A stretch of 33,516 nt of DNA, taken from the UHGV virus genome UHGV-1464328; one strand, 5' to 3'. Of this stretch, positions 1 through 10,100 are shown in pieces. The stretch is from a virus. Under the pieces are notes generated by a model. It was not told the origin of the DNA and ran no database searches. It was given only the letters and a program-made list of their open reading frames with translations. Position 1 is the first letter of the stretch; every line of letters starts with the position of its first letter. Position numbers and translations under genes: made by a program.

Positions 1-26
1 CGGCTGAAGCTAAAGCTGCTAAGTAA
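1..26 (+). CDS. 3' end of an upstream + strand gene (partial; frame 3 reads ...AEAKAAK*). Frame 1 is also open to nt 33, so the frame is uncertain.
   Basis: Open from the window edge to TAA at 24-26. Followed by an intrinsic terminator at 42-66. Confidence 0.25.
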
Positions 27-41
27 TAAGTAATAAAACAC

Positions 42-66
42 GGGCTCCTTCGGGAGCCCTTTTTTG
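42..66 (+). terminator. Rho-independent terminator: stem GGGCTCC/GGAGCCC, UUCG tetraloop, T7 run.
   Basis: gggctccTTCGggagccc followed by tttttgttt. Confidence 0.8.
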
Positions 67-77
67 TTTCTGAACCG

Positions 78-89
78 TTGATAAATACA
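78..89 (+). promoter_or_regulatory. Late-promoter-like motif TTGATAAATACA, 18 nt upstream of the ATG at 108.
   Basis: Member of the recurring TTAATAAATAC(A) family (see findings). Followed by RBS GAGGAGG. Confidence 0.5.
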
Positions 90-107
90 CCATATAGAGG
101 AGGTTAT

Positions 108-404
108 ATGTTATTTCCATATACCAATAAGCAGAAAAAAGAATTTTTAAAACGGTTCGGGCATCCAGTTAAAATTAACGACGAACCAGAACTCGCGATA
201 GTTGAAAGAGAAATTACTAACTCTGATGGGGAAGTATCAGAGACTTTATACGTAACTATCGATCAGAAGTATAAACAAGACGATATTGTTGAGCTTGATA
301 ATACCATGTACAGAATCGCTTATATTGTCAATGACGGTTCAGGTCTTGTTGATGCTTATCTGTCTTTCCAATCAGAAGAAGGAAGGGTATCTAAATATGA
401 CTAA
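108..404 (+). CDS. Hypothetical virion/assembly protein, 98 aa. By position possibly a tail-completion or head-tail joining protein.
   Basis: ATG at 108 has a strong RBS (GAGGAGG at 95-101). The track ORF from 78 begins at an upstream TTG codon. Stop overlaps the next gene's start (ATGACTAATATG). Confidence 0.6.
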   Translation: MLFPYTNKQKKEFLKRFGHPVKINDEPELAIVEREITNSDGEVSETLYVTIDQKYKQDDIVELDNTMYRIAYIVNDGSGLVDAYLSFQSEEGRVSKYD

Positions 405-804
405 TATGCCGTCACTAGGTATTAAACGTGCCTTTGAAGAAATTATAGTTAATGAATTAAATCTGAAGTACGTACAAGATGCATTCACTACAGGTGTTAA
501 GAAAGAAGTACAGGTCATGATTAGCGGTTGGACGGAAGAATATACTCGTCCGCAGTTAAATTCTCGCGGATTAGCTGCTGAAATGAACTTAACGATCGAT
601 GTTTTTTCAGAAAATAACGAAACTGGTGTTCATGAGGCCGTTTTTAACTTAATTAAAGTTAGTCCAGTGCATCCTAAATTACTCAAGTTCAAAATTGACA
701 GAATGTTTCCTGCTAGTTCATTCACAAGCTATAACACAGAGTCTTCTAACGGCCATATCCAAGCACAAGTTTCAATAACAATCCAGTACATCATAAGGAA
801 CTAA
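397..804 (+). CDS. Hypothetical protein, 135 aa. It sits immediately upstream of the major tail protein, so it is possibly a tail terminator or head-tail connector.
   Basis: ATG at 397 follows RBS GAAGGAAGGG. The 286..804 track ORF extends upstream in-frame over the previous gene. Translationally coupled to 806. Confidence 0.55.
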   Translation: MTNMPSLGIKRAFEEIIVNELNLKYVQDAFTTGVKKEVQVMISGWTEEYTRPQLNSRGLAAEMNLTIDVFSENNETGVHEAVFNLIKVSPVHPKLLKFKIDRMFPASSFTSYNTESSNGHIQAQVSITIQYIIRN

Positions 805-805
805 A

Positions 806-1993
806 ATGGCTACAGAAAAACCAGATATTTTCGTTGGTTCATACGTTAGAGTTGCTCTTAACCGTGATACAACTTCAGAAATCCCGAGTTATTTTGACCC
901 AGGGTATATCGAGACTAAAAACTTAGCAGGTTTCCCTGAGGTTTCTTTAAGCCCAGAAGTTCAAACAGTAGAAGAATATCGTGATGATTTCGTAACTAAG
1001 TTATCAGGTGATATTAATGTTAAAGACACTCAACTTAGTGTTTTTAATGTACCAGATGACCCTGTTGTTCAAGAACTTAATGAAGCGATTATACGAAGAA
1101 CACCTCTGCGCTTTCGTAATCTATACGTGATAGACACTGAACATGGAGAAAACTCTCAGAACGGCCTTTATCACATTTTCGACGCATACGTTAAGAAAGT
1201 CACTACCTCAGGAAGTTCAGACTCTGTAGTTACTAACCATTATACACTAAGTCCTACAGGAAGGATTTTCCAAGGATTTGTGAATGTTGGAGAAATTATA
1301 CGTGAGGGTGATTACGGCGTAGGTGCAGGTACTGAAGATATTCCTGGAGTTAAAGACCTCGGGCTACTGACTGGCAATAGATGGATTACTGTCGATGCAT
1401 CACACTCTCAGAACCCATTCGGTTCTGATACTTCTGCAATGGCAATTCAACATCCTAATAATCTTGGATGGGAAATCATCGGTCAGACGGTTGGTGCGCC
1501 AGCGATCAGAATTCGTAATAAGAAACTTGAATCTGATGGTTCTGTAGAAGCGTCCAAATGGGTAAAGGTATATTCCGAAACAGACAAACCGCAAGCTGTT
1601 GATAATGATTTCGTATCTAAGAAATCTGGTGGTACTTTTACCGGAAACTTACAGATTAATTCATCTGCTCCGACTTTAGCTATGGGTTCAGAAAAACTGT
1701 GCGGATTACGTGTTGGCGGTACTAACAATGACACAATGGTTGTTGGTGGTAAAAGTGTACTGATATTCCGTACTGGTGGAAAGGGAATTGATAGCAACGC
1801 GTCTGGAATGAACGAAGTTAAGATCGATAACGCAGGAAATATAACAGCTCAGAACCAACGTATTACTGCTAATGTTTTTACTTCGGTGGCCCAGCCCACA
1901 AGTGTATCTGATTTAACACGAAAAGACTACGTTGATAATGGATTAAATAAAAAAATAAACGTAGGTGTTGAAATAGATTTTGGAACATACTAA
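806..1993 (+). CDS. Major tail (tube) protein, lambda-gpV-like N-terminal domain, 395 aa. The C-terminal extension carries a tail-fibre-repeat-like KKSGGTFTGNL motif.
   Basis: N-terminal DIFVGSYVRV resembles the V-family start (GTTLWVY). RBS AAGGAA. The N-terminal ~150 aa are paralogous to ORF 6150..6620. Position upstream of the fibre and tip genes. Confidence 0.65.
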   Translation: MATEKPDIFVGSYVRVALNRDTTSEIPSYFDPGYIETKNLAGFPEVSLSPEVQTVEEYRDDFVTKLSGDINVKDTQLSVFNVPDDPVVQELNEAIIRRTPLRFRNLYVIDTEHGENSQNGLYHIFDAYVKKVTTSGSSDSVVTNHYTLSPTGRIFQGFVNVGEIIREGDYGVGAGTEDIPGVKDLGLLTGNRWITVDASHSQNPFGSDTSAMAIQHPNNLGWEIIGQTVGAPAIRIRNKKLESDGSVEASKWVKVYSETDKPQAVDNDFVSKKSGGTFTGNLQINSSAPTLAMGSEKLCGLRVGGTNNDTMVVGGKSVLIFRTGGKGIDSNASGMNEVKIDNAGNITAQNQRITANVFTSVAQPTSVSDLTRKDYVDNGLNKKINVGVEIDFGTY

Positions 1994-2002
1994 GGAAATA
2001 AA

Positions 2003-5000
2003 ATGGCAAACGAAATTAAATTTATTCGGTTTAAACGAACCGAGACAGCTGGCCGCATTCCTACTGCTGCGCAGATAGAAATTGGTTCTGTAGCTCTTAA
2101 TATGGCCGATAAGGCCATATTTTCTAAAAATGCCGCAGGGCAAGTTGTTCAGTTCACTGGTGCCGGCGCAGATATGCCAGCTAAAACTGTTACTGCAACA
2201 GGTACTATCAAGTCAAATACTGGAGTGCAAGCTGGAAATGCTAAACTCGGTACTGACGGCAATATTACTGGTGGCTCTAAATTCGGTGGGAACTTAGATA
2301 ATTATCTGAACTCAATTAAGGGTGAGATCTCTTCTACGGATAAAGCTGCTGTTAAGAAAGCTGGTGATGTAATGACAGGTCCGTTAGTAATTAATACATC
2401 GGGTAATTCTGACCCTGCAGTAAATGGACTTTCTGTGTCTGGATCTCAACATACTCCTATTATGTTAACCCGCAACACAGATAAGAACCTCAACATAGGA
2501 TTTAAATTAACAGGCGGTTCAACTGTCATTAACCGAAAACTTGGTATTGATTCTGATGGCACTCTACACTGGGGACCTAATGATAACCAAGCTGCTAACG
2601 GGCGTGTAGTTACTCAAGATTATATTGATGACAATATAACTGAACTTAAAGGCGGTTATAGAGGTTCAGAAGTTGGGGTTGATTTAGGTGGTTGGAACGG
2701 TTCTGTTAATGACTTATTCATTGGGAACAGTGAAGACATTGGTACTGTAAGGACATGGTTCTGTGCATCAATGGCTGGTGGTAATAATATTACCGATGTA
2801 CCGGCTGGTAAAGGAAACTTTGTACTTCGTGTTGAAAGTCTTCGCGCCGCAAACGGTGTAGACTATAAAAATAAGCAAACTTTTATTAGTGGTGATGCAA
2901 GTAAAACGTACGTTCGCTATGGGGCAGGAACAGGAACAACAACCGCTCCTAAAATGAATTGGGGGCCTTGGTTAGTATCTCAAGAATTTTCTAATGGAGT
3001 TACACCTATATCTAACGGTGGTACAGGCGCTACTACTGCAGGAGATGCCCGAAATAATTTAGGTCTTAGAACTGCTGCTGTACGTGATGTTGGTGAATCT
3101 AGCGGAAACGTAATGGAAGTTGGTGCCTTTGGTATTGGTGGTGTCGGAAAATCAATAGTAGATATTACGTCTGATGTTGATTTAATGACTCGTCTTAAAG
3201 CTATTGGTGGTACAACGTTTAGAGCTAACGTTAAAACCACAGATGGCAAGCCTGTTTGGACAGGTCCAGGATTTTACTCCCATGGTTCCGGTTTTTATTC
3301 TAGGGCTGGCGATACCATGACTGCGCTTAATATAGATTACGCAACTGGTAACGTTAGAGTATTCGCTATTAATGATAGTAATCTTAACGCTGGCAAAGTA
3401 AACCATAACATGCTCTACGGTACTGCTAATAAACCTTCTAAGGATGATGTCGGACTTGGTAATCTAACAAACGATGCTCAAGTTAAGAAAGCCGGTGATA
3501 CCATGACCGGAGATTTAACTGCTCCTAATTTTCACGCTTCTGGACCGGGAACGGCATCAGTGTATGTTAATGCAGGAAGCGGAAACGCTCATGTATGGTT
3601 TAAAACAAACGCCAATGAACGCGGTGTAATTTGGGCAACTCCAAATACTTCAGATCTCGGCCAGATTAATATTCGTGCAAAAACTACTGGAGGTACTTCT
3701 GCTGGTGATTTTAGTTTCCGTTCTGATGGTCGATTTGATGTTCCTGTAGCAGTTAAAGTTGGTGGAGCAGCAATGCTAACCAAAGACGGAAACATCACCT
3801 CTGGTTCAATGTTTGACGGTAACCTTAACAACTATTTGACTTCTATTAAAAACGATATCATTGCTGGCGATAATAAGCAAGTAAGTAAAACTGGCGACAC
3901 AATGACCGGTAACTTGACTATTAACGCTAACTTAAGAGTCGAAAACCCTAATGGAACAATGGTTGATTTAGGTTCAGAGAACTCAGACAAGTACAGCAGA
4001 CTGACTCTCTCGCGTAAAGTTGGCGACGGCGCTGCTGTGGCAATGCTTAAAATTACTCCTGAAGGATACGTGCAATTTGGTTATCAAACTGCAGTTTCTA
4101 CTCCAGCTCCTACCAAGTACATCCGAGTTAAACCTGACGGTCTTGATGTAGAAGGGGATTTGGTTTTTAATCAGACATATCGTGGTTCTGAAGATGCAGT
4201 TGATATTTCTGATAAGACTATTGATCTTAATGATCTAGTTATTAAAAAAACTGGTTTAGGCACTCGTCAATTATACAAATGCATTTCTTCTGGCGGTGGT
4301 TCTAAGATAACGAATAAACCTACATCTGATGGCAACTTTGTTCTCGAAGTTCTGTCTTTGCGTAAAGTTTCTGATACTGACTGGTCGTGTAAGCAGACCT
4401 TTACTACAAAGAATAATACTACCGTTGGCACATACGTTCGCTATGCACAAAATGGTTCATGGACTGCATGGCAAGAAGTTGTATCTGGTGTTCAACCTAT
4501 TAATTTAGGTGGTACTGGAGCAACTTCTGTAGCTGCTGCCCGTAATAACCTTGGTGTTGGCGAAGGACAAACAGTATCATTCGGCAATTTAGTTACCAAC
4601 GATTTAACTGCAAACGGAAATGCTAGATTAGTTGGAAGATTGAATCTTGGTTCTACTTCTGCAACTGGCGTATTACGAGCTAATGAAGGTGGTGCGGTTG
4701 TTTTAGGTTCTGCGAGCGGTCAAAATATCCATGTTAGAGCAGGAACTCCTGATTCCTCTACAGGTGAAACCCGTTTTGAGCCAAATGGAAACGTTGTAAT
4801 TGGTGGCGCGTTGACCGCTTCTGGAAATTTACAAGTAAATGGTGAAGCCACGTTAAGTAGAAGTTTAATCGTTTCTCAAAATATAAAGAATACTAACGAT
4901 AACAGTTTTATTCTGATGGGGAAAGATTCTGATTTAGGCTTCGTCAAAAAATCTGGGTCAAGTTCTAGATTGGCATTTGCTTCAGGAAAATCATTCGTTG

Positions 5001-6097
5001 TTTCTAAATCTTCAGCAACTGCTATAAGTAATCCAGGATCAGAAACTTATACCGATGTGTTTAAAGTAGATGCTGACGGAAACCAAACAGTCTATGGAAA
5101 TTCAACAATTTCTAGGGCTTTGACAGTATCAAGCGTTATTAATGCTAATGGCGGTATCATTGTTCCTACTACTAAGTATGTGCAAATTGCTGATGCTCCG
5201 ACGCAGAATAACCAAGCTGCTAACAAAAAATATGTTGATGATCGGATTAACACCCGTTTAGCAACCGCAGGTGGTACTGTAACTGGCGATTTAAATGTTA
5301 ACGGTACTGTTGGACTTAAAGGACAAGTCGTTCTGAGTAAAGACTTAACTGTTAATAATGGCAAAATTAGTGCTCAGGCGATCGAATTATCAATGGGTAC
5401 ACCTTATATTGATTTCCATTTCAATAACAGTAGTTCAGATTACACGACGCGTCTTATTGAGAACACATCTGGGGAGCTAACCCTTGAAGGTGCATTTATG
5501 TGTAAAAAACATATGTATGCATGGGGTGCTGTGATGGCTCGAAACATAGCTCCTACGAATCCTCCTAATGGAACACTTATAACAGGTGCGCCATTACAGT
5601 CTATGACAGAAGGACGAGGCGGTAACGGAGACGCTCGGGGGCTTGTTGCTAACTTCTACTCTGAAGAGTTGGTTGGTACCTCTCATCGCGCGGTTATCTA
5701 TCTTGATGGGCATAAACGAACTGATGCATGGATTTTCAATGCTGGGGGCGTCATTGATACACCTACAGGTGCTGTTCAGACTGCAGGTTCTGATATCAGA
5801 CTGAAAAGTAATATCACTCCTGCAAAAGATGGTGCTCTGGAGCGGATCATGAAGCTCGGAACTGTAGAGTTTGACATGAAGGGCGAAACCCGTCGTCGCA
5901 GAGGTTTTATTGCTCAACAGGTTGAAAAAGTTGATGCTGGTTATACCTTTCAAGGTAATGAACAAACGATTGATGGCGAGAAAATCAAGATCTTAAACAT
6001 CGATCAGACTGCTATTGTCGCTGACTTAGTAAGTACCGTTCAGGAACAACAGAAGCTTATTCTTGAACTTCAAAAACAAATTAATACTCTGAAATAA
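2003..6097 (+). CDS. L-shaped/side tail fibre, 1364 aa, with a C-terminal peptidase-S74 intramolecular chaperone (auto-cleaving) domain.
   Basis: The C-terminal ~100 aa contain SDIRLK (a Ser-x5-Lys dyad, as in endosialidase and T5 pb1 chaperone domains). Three KKAGDxMTGxL fibre repeats. Two GGTGAT...ARNNLG motifs. Gly/Ser/Thr-rich fibre composition. Confidence 0.85.
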   Translation: MANEIKFIRFKRTETAGRIPTAAQIEIGSVALNMADKAIFSKNAAGQVVQFTGAGADMPAKTVTATGTIKSNTGVQAGNAKLGTDGNITGGSKFGGNLDNYLNSIKGEISSTDKAAVKKAGDVMTGPLVINTSGNSDPAVNGLSVSGSQHTPIMLTRNTDKNLNIGFKLTGGSTVINRKLGIDSDGTLHWGPNDNQAANGRVVTQDYIDDNITELKGGYRGSEVGVDLGGWNGSVNDLFIGNSEDIGTVRTWFCASMAGGNNITDVPAGKGNFVLRVESLRAANGVDYKNKQTFISGDASKTYVRYGAGTGTTTAPKMNWGPWLVSQEFSNGVTPISNGGTGATTAGDARNNLGLRTAAVRDVGESSGNVMEVGAFGIGGVGKSIVDITSDVDLMTRLKAIGGTTFRANVKTTDGKPVWTGPGFYSHGSGFYSRAGDTMTALNIDYATGNVRVFAINDSNLNAGKVNHNMLYGTANKPSKDDVGLGNLTNDAQVKKAGDTMTGDLTAPNFHASGPGTASVYVNAGSGNAHVWFKTNANERGVIWATPNTSDLGQINIRAKTTGGTSAGDFSFRSDGRFDVPVAVKVGGAAMLTKDGNITSGSMFDGNLNNYLTSIKNDIIAGDNKQVSKTGDTMTGNLTINANLRVENPNGTMVDLGSENSDKYSRLTLSRKVGDGAAVAMLKITPEGYVQFGYQTAVSTPAPTKYIRVKPDGLDVEGDLVFNQTYRGSEDAVDISDKTIDLNDLVIKKTGLGTRQLYKCISSGGGSKITNKPTSDGNFVLEVLSLRKVSDTDWSCKQTFTTKNNTTVGTYVRYAQNGSWTAWQEVVSGVQPINLGGTGATSVAAARNNLGVGEGQTVSFGNLVTNDLTANGNARLVGRLNLGSTSATGVLRANEGGAVVLGSASGQNIHVRAGTPDSSTGETRFEPNGNVVIGGALTASGNLQVNGEATLSRSLIVSQNIKNTNDNSFILMGKDSDLGFVKKSGSSSRLAFASGKSFVVSKSSATAISNPGSETYTDVFKVDADGNQTVYGNSTISRALTVSSVINANGGIIVPTTKYVQIADAPTQNNQAANKKYVDDRINTRLATAGGTVTGDLNVNGTVGLKGQVVLSKDLTVNNGKISAQAIELSMGTPYIDFHFNNSSSDYTTRLIENTSGELTLEGAFMCKKHMYAWGAVMARNIAPTNPPNGTLITGAPLQSMTEGRGGNGDARGLVANFYSEELVGTSHRAVIYLDGHKRTDAWIFNAGGVIDTPTGAVQTAGSDIRLKSNITPAKDGALERIMKLGTVEFDMKGETRRRRGFIAQQVEKVDAGYTFQGNEQTIDGEKIKILNIDQTAIVADLVSTVQEQQKLILELQKQINTLK

Positions 6098-6113
6098 GCC
6101 GGGAAACCGGCTT
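6096..6113 (+). terminator. Stem-loop aagccgg-GAAA-ccggctt (GNRA loop) overlapping the fibre gene stop. Weak U tract.
   Basis: Seen directly. Followed immediately by a late-like motif. Confidence 0.4.
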
Positions 6114-6123
6114 AATAAATACA
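6112..6123 (+). promoter_or_regulatory. Late-promoter-like motif TTAATAAATACA, 26 nt upstream of the ATG at 6150.
   Basis: Exact family consensus. RBS AAGGAAATAAAATG downstream. Confidence 0.55.
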
Positions 6124-6149
6124 TTTGTTCTTAAATTTAAGGAAATAAA

Positions 6150-6620
6150 ATGACTGATAAATTTGATATCTTTGCTGGCTCTTATGTCAGTGTTTACTAC
6201 AACTCTAAAGTAGATAATACCAATTTTGAATCTGATGATTTCATTGAAATCCCAGAAACTGGTGCTTTCCCTCAGACTGGTATTGAACGTGAAGTAATTA
6301 CTGCTCCTAACTATACTCACAAATATAGTCGTAAACTGGCTGGTCGTGGTTCTGTACCTGATATTGACCTGACTGTAAACTATATTCCTGAGAGTATCCA
6401 TGACCAGCTTTATAAGTTGGCTGAAGATGGTAAACGTGGACAGTTCAAAATCGTATATTGGTTAGATGCAACTAAAACGACTGGTGTTGGTAAAGTCTAT
6501 AATGGCTTCTTGAGTAACGCTACTTTCGGTGGTGGTGAGACTGAAGTTACTTCTCTGGCACTTACTTTGTCGGTAGACGGTGGTCCAGTAGCGGCTGGTG
6601 TCATTGCTCCTAGTGCTTAA
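6150..6620 (+). CDS. Tail tube-like protein, 156 aa. It is a short paralogue of the N-terminal domain of ORF 806..1993.
   Basis: N-terminal KFDIFAGSYVSV matches KPDIFVGSYVRV of 806..1993. The downstream block IEIPETGAFPQTGIEREV matches YIETKNLAGFPEVSLSPEV. Confidence 0.65.
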   Translation: MTDKFDIFAGSYVSVYYNSKVDNTNFESDDFIEIPETGAFPQTGIEREVITAPNYTHKYSRKLAGRGSVPDIDLTVNYIPESIHDQLYKLAEDGKRGQFKIVYWLDATKTTGVGKVYNGFLSNATFGGGETEVTSLALTLSVDGGPVAAGVIAPSA

Positions 6621-6634
6621 CTGTGAAAAAATTT

Positions 6635-6664
6635 AAAGGGACCTTCGGGTCCCTTTTTTGTTTT
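6635..6664 (+). terminator. Rho-independent terminator: aaagggacc-UUCG-ggtcccttt followed by a T run.
   Basis: Perfect 9-bp stem, UUCG loop, ttttttgtttt. Confidence 0.85.
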
Positions 6665-6669
6665 CCAAC

Positions 6670-6685
6670 GGTATTAAATAATACC
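6670..6685. promoter_or_regulatory. Inverted repeat GGTATTA-aa-TAATACC, 12 nt upstream of the ATG at 6697. It contains a TATTAAATAA late-motif variant.
   Basis: Seen in sequence. Resembles the TTATTAAATAC variant at 17236. Confidence 0.3.
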
Positions 6686-6696
6686 AGAGGTGAACA

Positions 6697-7110
6697 ATGT
6701 TTAAATTTCAAGCTGACTTAACAAATCTACTTAATAGATATATCGGTAAAGAACACCAGTTTGGACAGAATGATTGCAATATTCTTATTGCGGATTATCT
6801 TGATACGTTCTGTTCAACCAATTACTTATCAAAATTAAAAGGACAGTACACGTCGATTAAAGAGGGTCTTTCATGCTGTAAAGAACTGACTGGTTTTCAT
6901 AACGTTCTACAGGCATGTGAAAAACATCTTATTCGTTCTGAACAGATAAAAGACGGCTCAGTACTTTTAATTAAAAAAGAACTCAAGAAAAGAGTTTATT
7001 ACATCGCTACAGTGGTCTTTAACAATAAAGCTCTAGTCGAGCACGAAAATTATTACACGTTAGTTGATGTACAGCCCGAACAATACGAATTAGTTTTTAA
7101 TAGGAGTTAA
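6697..7110 (+). CDS. Hypothetical small tail protein, 137 aa. A Cys-His signature (QNDCNIL...GFHNV) makes it a possible NlpC/P60-like domain, like the C-terminal half of lambda gpK.
   Basis: RBS GAGGTG. Sits directly upstream of, and coupled to, the J-like gene. Confidence 0.5.
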   Translation: MFKFQADLTNLLNRYIGKEHQFGQNDCNILIADYLDTFCSTNYLSKLKGQYTSIKEGLSCCKELTGFHNVLQACEKHLIRSEQIKDGSVLLIKKELKKRVYYIATVVFNNKALVEHENYYTLVDVQPEQYELVFNRS

Positions 7111-7111
7111 T

Positions 7112-10100
7112 ATGGCTGTTGTTGCTGTAGGTGCAATTATTGCTGGCGCAGCTGCTGGCGCCGCGGCTTACGCTGCTGGTTTAACAATAGCGTGGTCAAT
7201 TGGTATAGGTCTTGCCACTGCCGCTATTTCTGGACTCATGTCTTATATGGCTATGAGCCAGACTGTTCCACAATATAACACTACTGATACAGCTACTGCG
7301 TTAGGTACTACTTCCGATCCAAAGACTGTTATTCCTGTGGTTTACGGACAGCAGCGAGTAGGCGGTATTAACGTATGGAAAGCAGTAGGTAAAGACACAA
7401 CTTATCTTGTTCAGATTTTCGCTATCAGTGAAGGTCAGATTGGTGGATTTAAATCTTTATATCTCGACAACAAGAAAATCGTTCTTGATGGGAATTATCA
7501 GAGTGGTATTCTTAACGAACAGGCTATACATCCAGATTATAGAAAATTTGTTGAAGTTGAATTGTCTGTTGGTGCTCCTAAGGGACATGTTTTCACACTG
7601 GCTCAGAAGTACTTAGGTAAAGACATCAATAACTCGGGTTGGCCTGACTCAGCAACTGGTAATAACGTTGCTTCAGTTTGTGTTGTTATGCGCAAACGTA
7701 ATAAAGACCTGCAAAACCAAGCTGATATTCTCCAGCCTAATTCTCAGTTAACTGCTGATATTAATGGTCTGTTAATTCAAGACCTCAACACCGGTAATAG
7801 AGAAGCGTCAAGAAATGGTCCAAGTCAACTTCTTGATTACGCAACTAACACTCGTTACGGTCTGGGTATTCCTCTTGATAAGATTGATACAGAGAGTTTT
7901 AAAGCGTGTGCTGACCACTCATTAAGAAACAATCTATACAGCGATGGTTCAACCGATCCAAACGCAACGTTTAAAGAAAACCTTACTCAAATGGCTGCTG
8001 CGTTTCAGGGTGTTATTTTTGAGTCCTTTGGCCGAATGACCTGCCGTATAGATGGTCCTGATGTAGTACAGTTTGATTTCAACGAAGATAATATCTCTGC
8101 TGGTTCAGTAACTCTTAACTCAGGTGGTTCAGAAGGTTATTACAACACGCTGAACGTTTCATACCAAGACCCTGCTCTTGATTACTCAGACCAAGTACTG
8201 CGTTATCCATCTGATACTGTTAATGATGGAACTATCGCAAAAGACAAGCGAATTATTGCTAAAGATATTACTTATCGTTTCGTTAAACAGAAATCTCAAC
8301 TGGATGTTATTGCATCAATCGAGCGTAATAAGTCTCTGTTGAAAAATCAGATTGTGTTCAGTACTGTCGATGCTTATACGGTTCAAGCATGGGACGTTAT
8401 TAGAGTTAATTTCCCTGAATTACAACTTCAAGACTCGTTATGGCGTGTTTTTCAAGTTGACCGTTCTTTAGAGAAAGGTGCTGCTGGACTGATTACTATC
8501 ACAGCTGCTGAGTACGACCCGAAGGTCTATACCGATCTAGATTATGCAAAAGACCCGAATAATTCAGGTTCAAACATTCCAAATGCATCTGTACTTATCG
8601 CACCAAAAAATCTGCAAGTAACTTCTGTTGCTGAAACTGCTATTGGACGTACTTTTAAAGTTCAATGGGAAAGTGAAGAAGATTTTAACCGAGCAGGTTT
8701 CTACGTTCAGTATGCTGTTTCTGGTACTGATGAGTGGACTCAAGCTGGTTTCACTTCAGGTAATTATTTCATGATAATGAACATGGATATTACCAAAAAG
8801 TACGATATCCGTGTTTGTGCCACTGGCCTTGTGTATCGTTCAGAGTGGGTCTATCAGAACAACACTAACCCTGCTGTTTCTTACCAGCTTCCAAGGGTCA
8901 CTGGATTGCGTCTAGTTAACTCTGATGCTGGGACTAATATCACCACGGCAACTCAGTTTGAATTCGCCTGGGATGACCAGAGTAACCAGAAATTCAACGT
9001 TAACGGTACTACTCAAACATTCGATGAAGTGTTCCAGTACTATGAAGTCCAAATCACTGGTACTAAGACCGTTTCGTACAGAACTAAGAACATTAACTTC
9101 ACGTATGATTTCAGAATGAACCAGTTGAACGGTCTGTCTCGTGAAATCACAATCAAAGTAATCGCTGTTGGTTATGCTGGTATGAAGTCAGAACCTGTTC
9201 AAATCACGGTTAAGAATAATCAGCATCCTGCGATTCAGAACTTCGTAGCTCGTACAGGTATTAGTCTTAACTCAGGTATGATTTTCACTCAGTGGAAACC
9301 TTCTACTGTTCCTGATTTTGAGCAAACTACTGTTCAGATTGCTCGCGATAAGGAGTTCACTAAAGAAGTTCGTTCATTCGTTTCTAAAGACGATGTTCTT
9401 AACTTTGAGTTAGGTGAAAACGGCGAAGGTACTTGGTACGTCAAAGCTGCTCAGAATGACGTATTTGGTTCTGATAACGTTGTATGGACAAGTCCTACAA
9501 TCTTAGACGTTAAGTATGAAATTCCGTTCACGCCTGATGATATTGACACTATCGAAGATATGCTTGGTCTTAAGGATAAGCTCAAGGATACTCTTGATAG
9601 CGCTAATACACATGCTAATAACGTTTCAGAGCAAGCTAAGAAAGATGCTGAAAAATACGCTGATGATACTGTTAAACGTTCTGAAGTAAAAACTAAAGAG
9701 TACACCGACGCTGAAGTTAAAAAATCTAATGACTATACTGATGCTGAAATAGGGAAATCTAATGATAGAACTGACGGAGCTATCAAAGACTCTGAAGCAA
9801 GAACTCAAGTTAAAATAACAGCAGCTCGTGAGTACACCGATACTCAAGTTGTGGAAGCTACTAAAGCTCTTAATCAAAAAATTGAAGAAAACACCACTGA
9901 AATAAACGGAAAAATTGACGGTGTTGAAACATCTATTAACGGTAAGATTACTACTATTGAGAAAAACCAAACGACTTTTGAGAAACAGACTAATCAGAAG
10001 TTCACTTCAATGGAAAGTAATTTCACTACTAAGATTGGTGAGTCTGAAAACCGTACTAACGCTAAAATCACTGGTCTTACAGAAACAGTAACTACTAATG

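Noticed and set aside
78-107. Upstream extension of the first small gene to the TTG at 78 (track ORF 78..404). Similarly the 286..804 extension, the 15338 start, the 20822 TTG start and the 24250 TTG start.
   Set aside because: Each has a downstream ATG with a much better Shine-Dalgarno sequence (108, 397, 15425, 20834, 24223). The extensions overlap neighbouring genes or lack an RBS.
1400-1797. Minus-strand ORFs 1400..1594 and 1483..1797 inside the major tail protein gene.
   Set aside because: Antisense to a well-supported + strand gene. No RBS. Typical spurious ORFs.
2980-5965. Minus-strand ORFs (2980..3249, 3182..3406, 3589..3831, 5092..5364, 5594..5965) inside the tail fibre gene.
   Set aside because: Antisense to a 1364-aa ORF with a clear fibre/S74 signature. 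Low-complexity translations.
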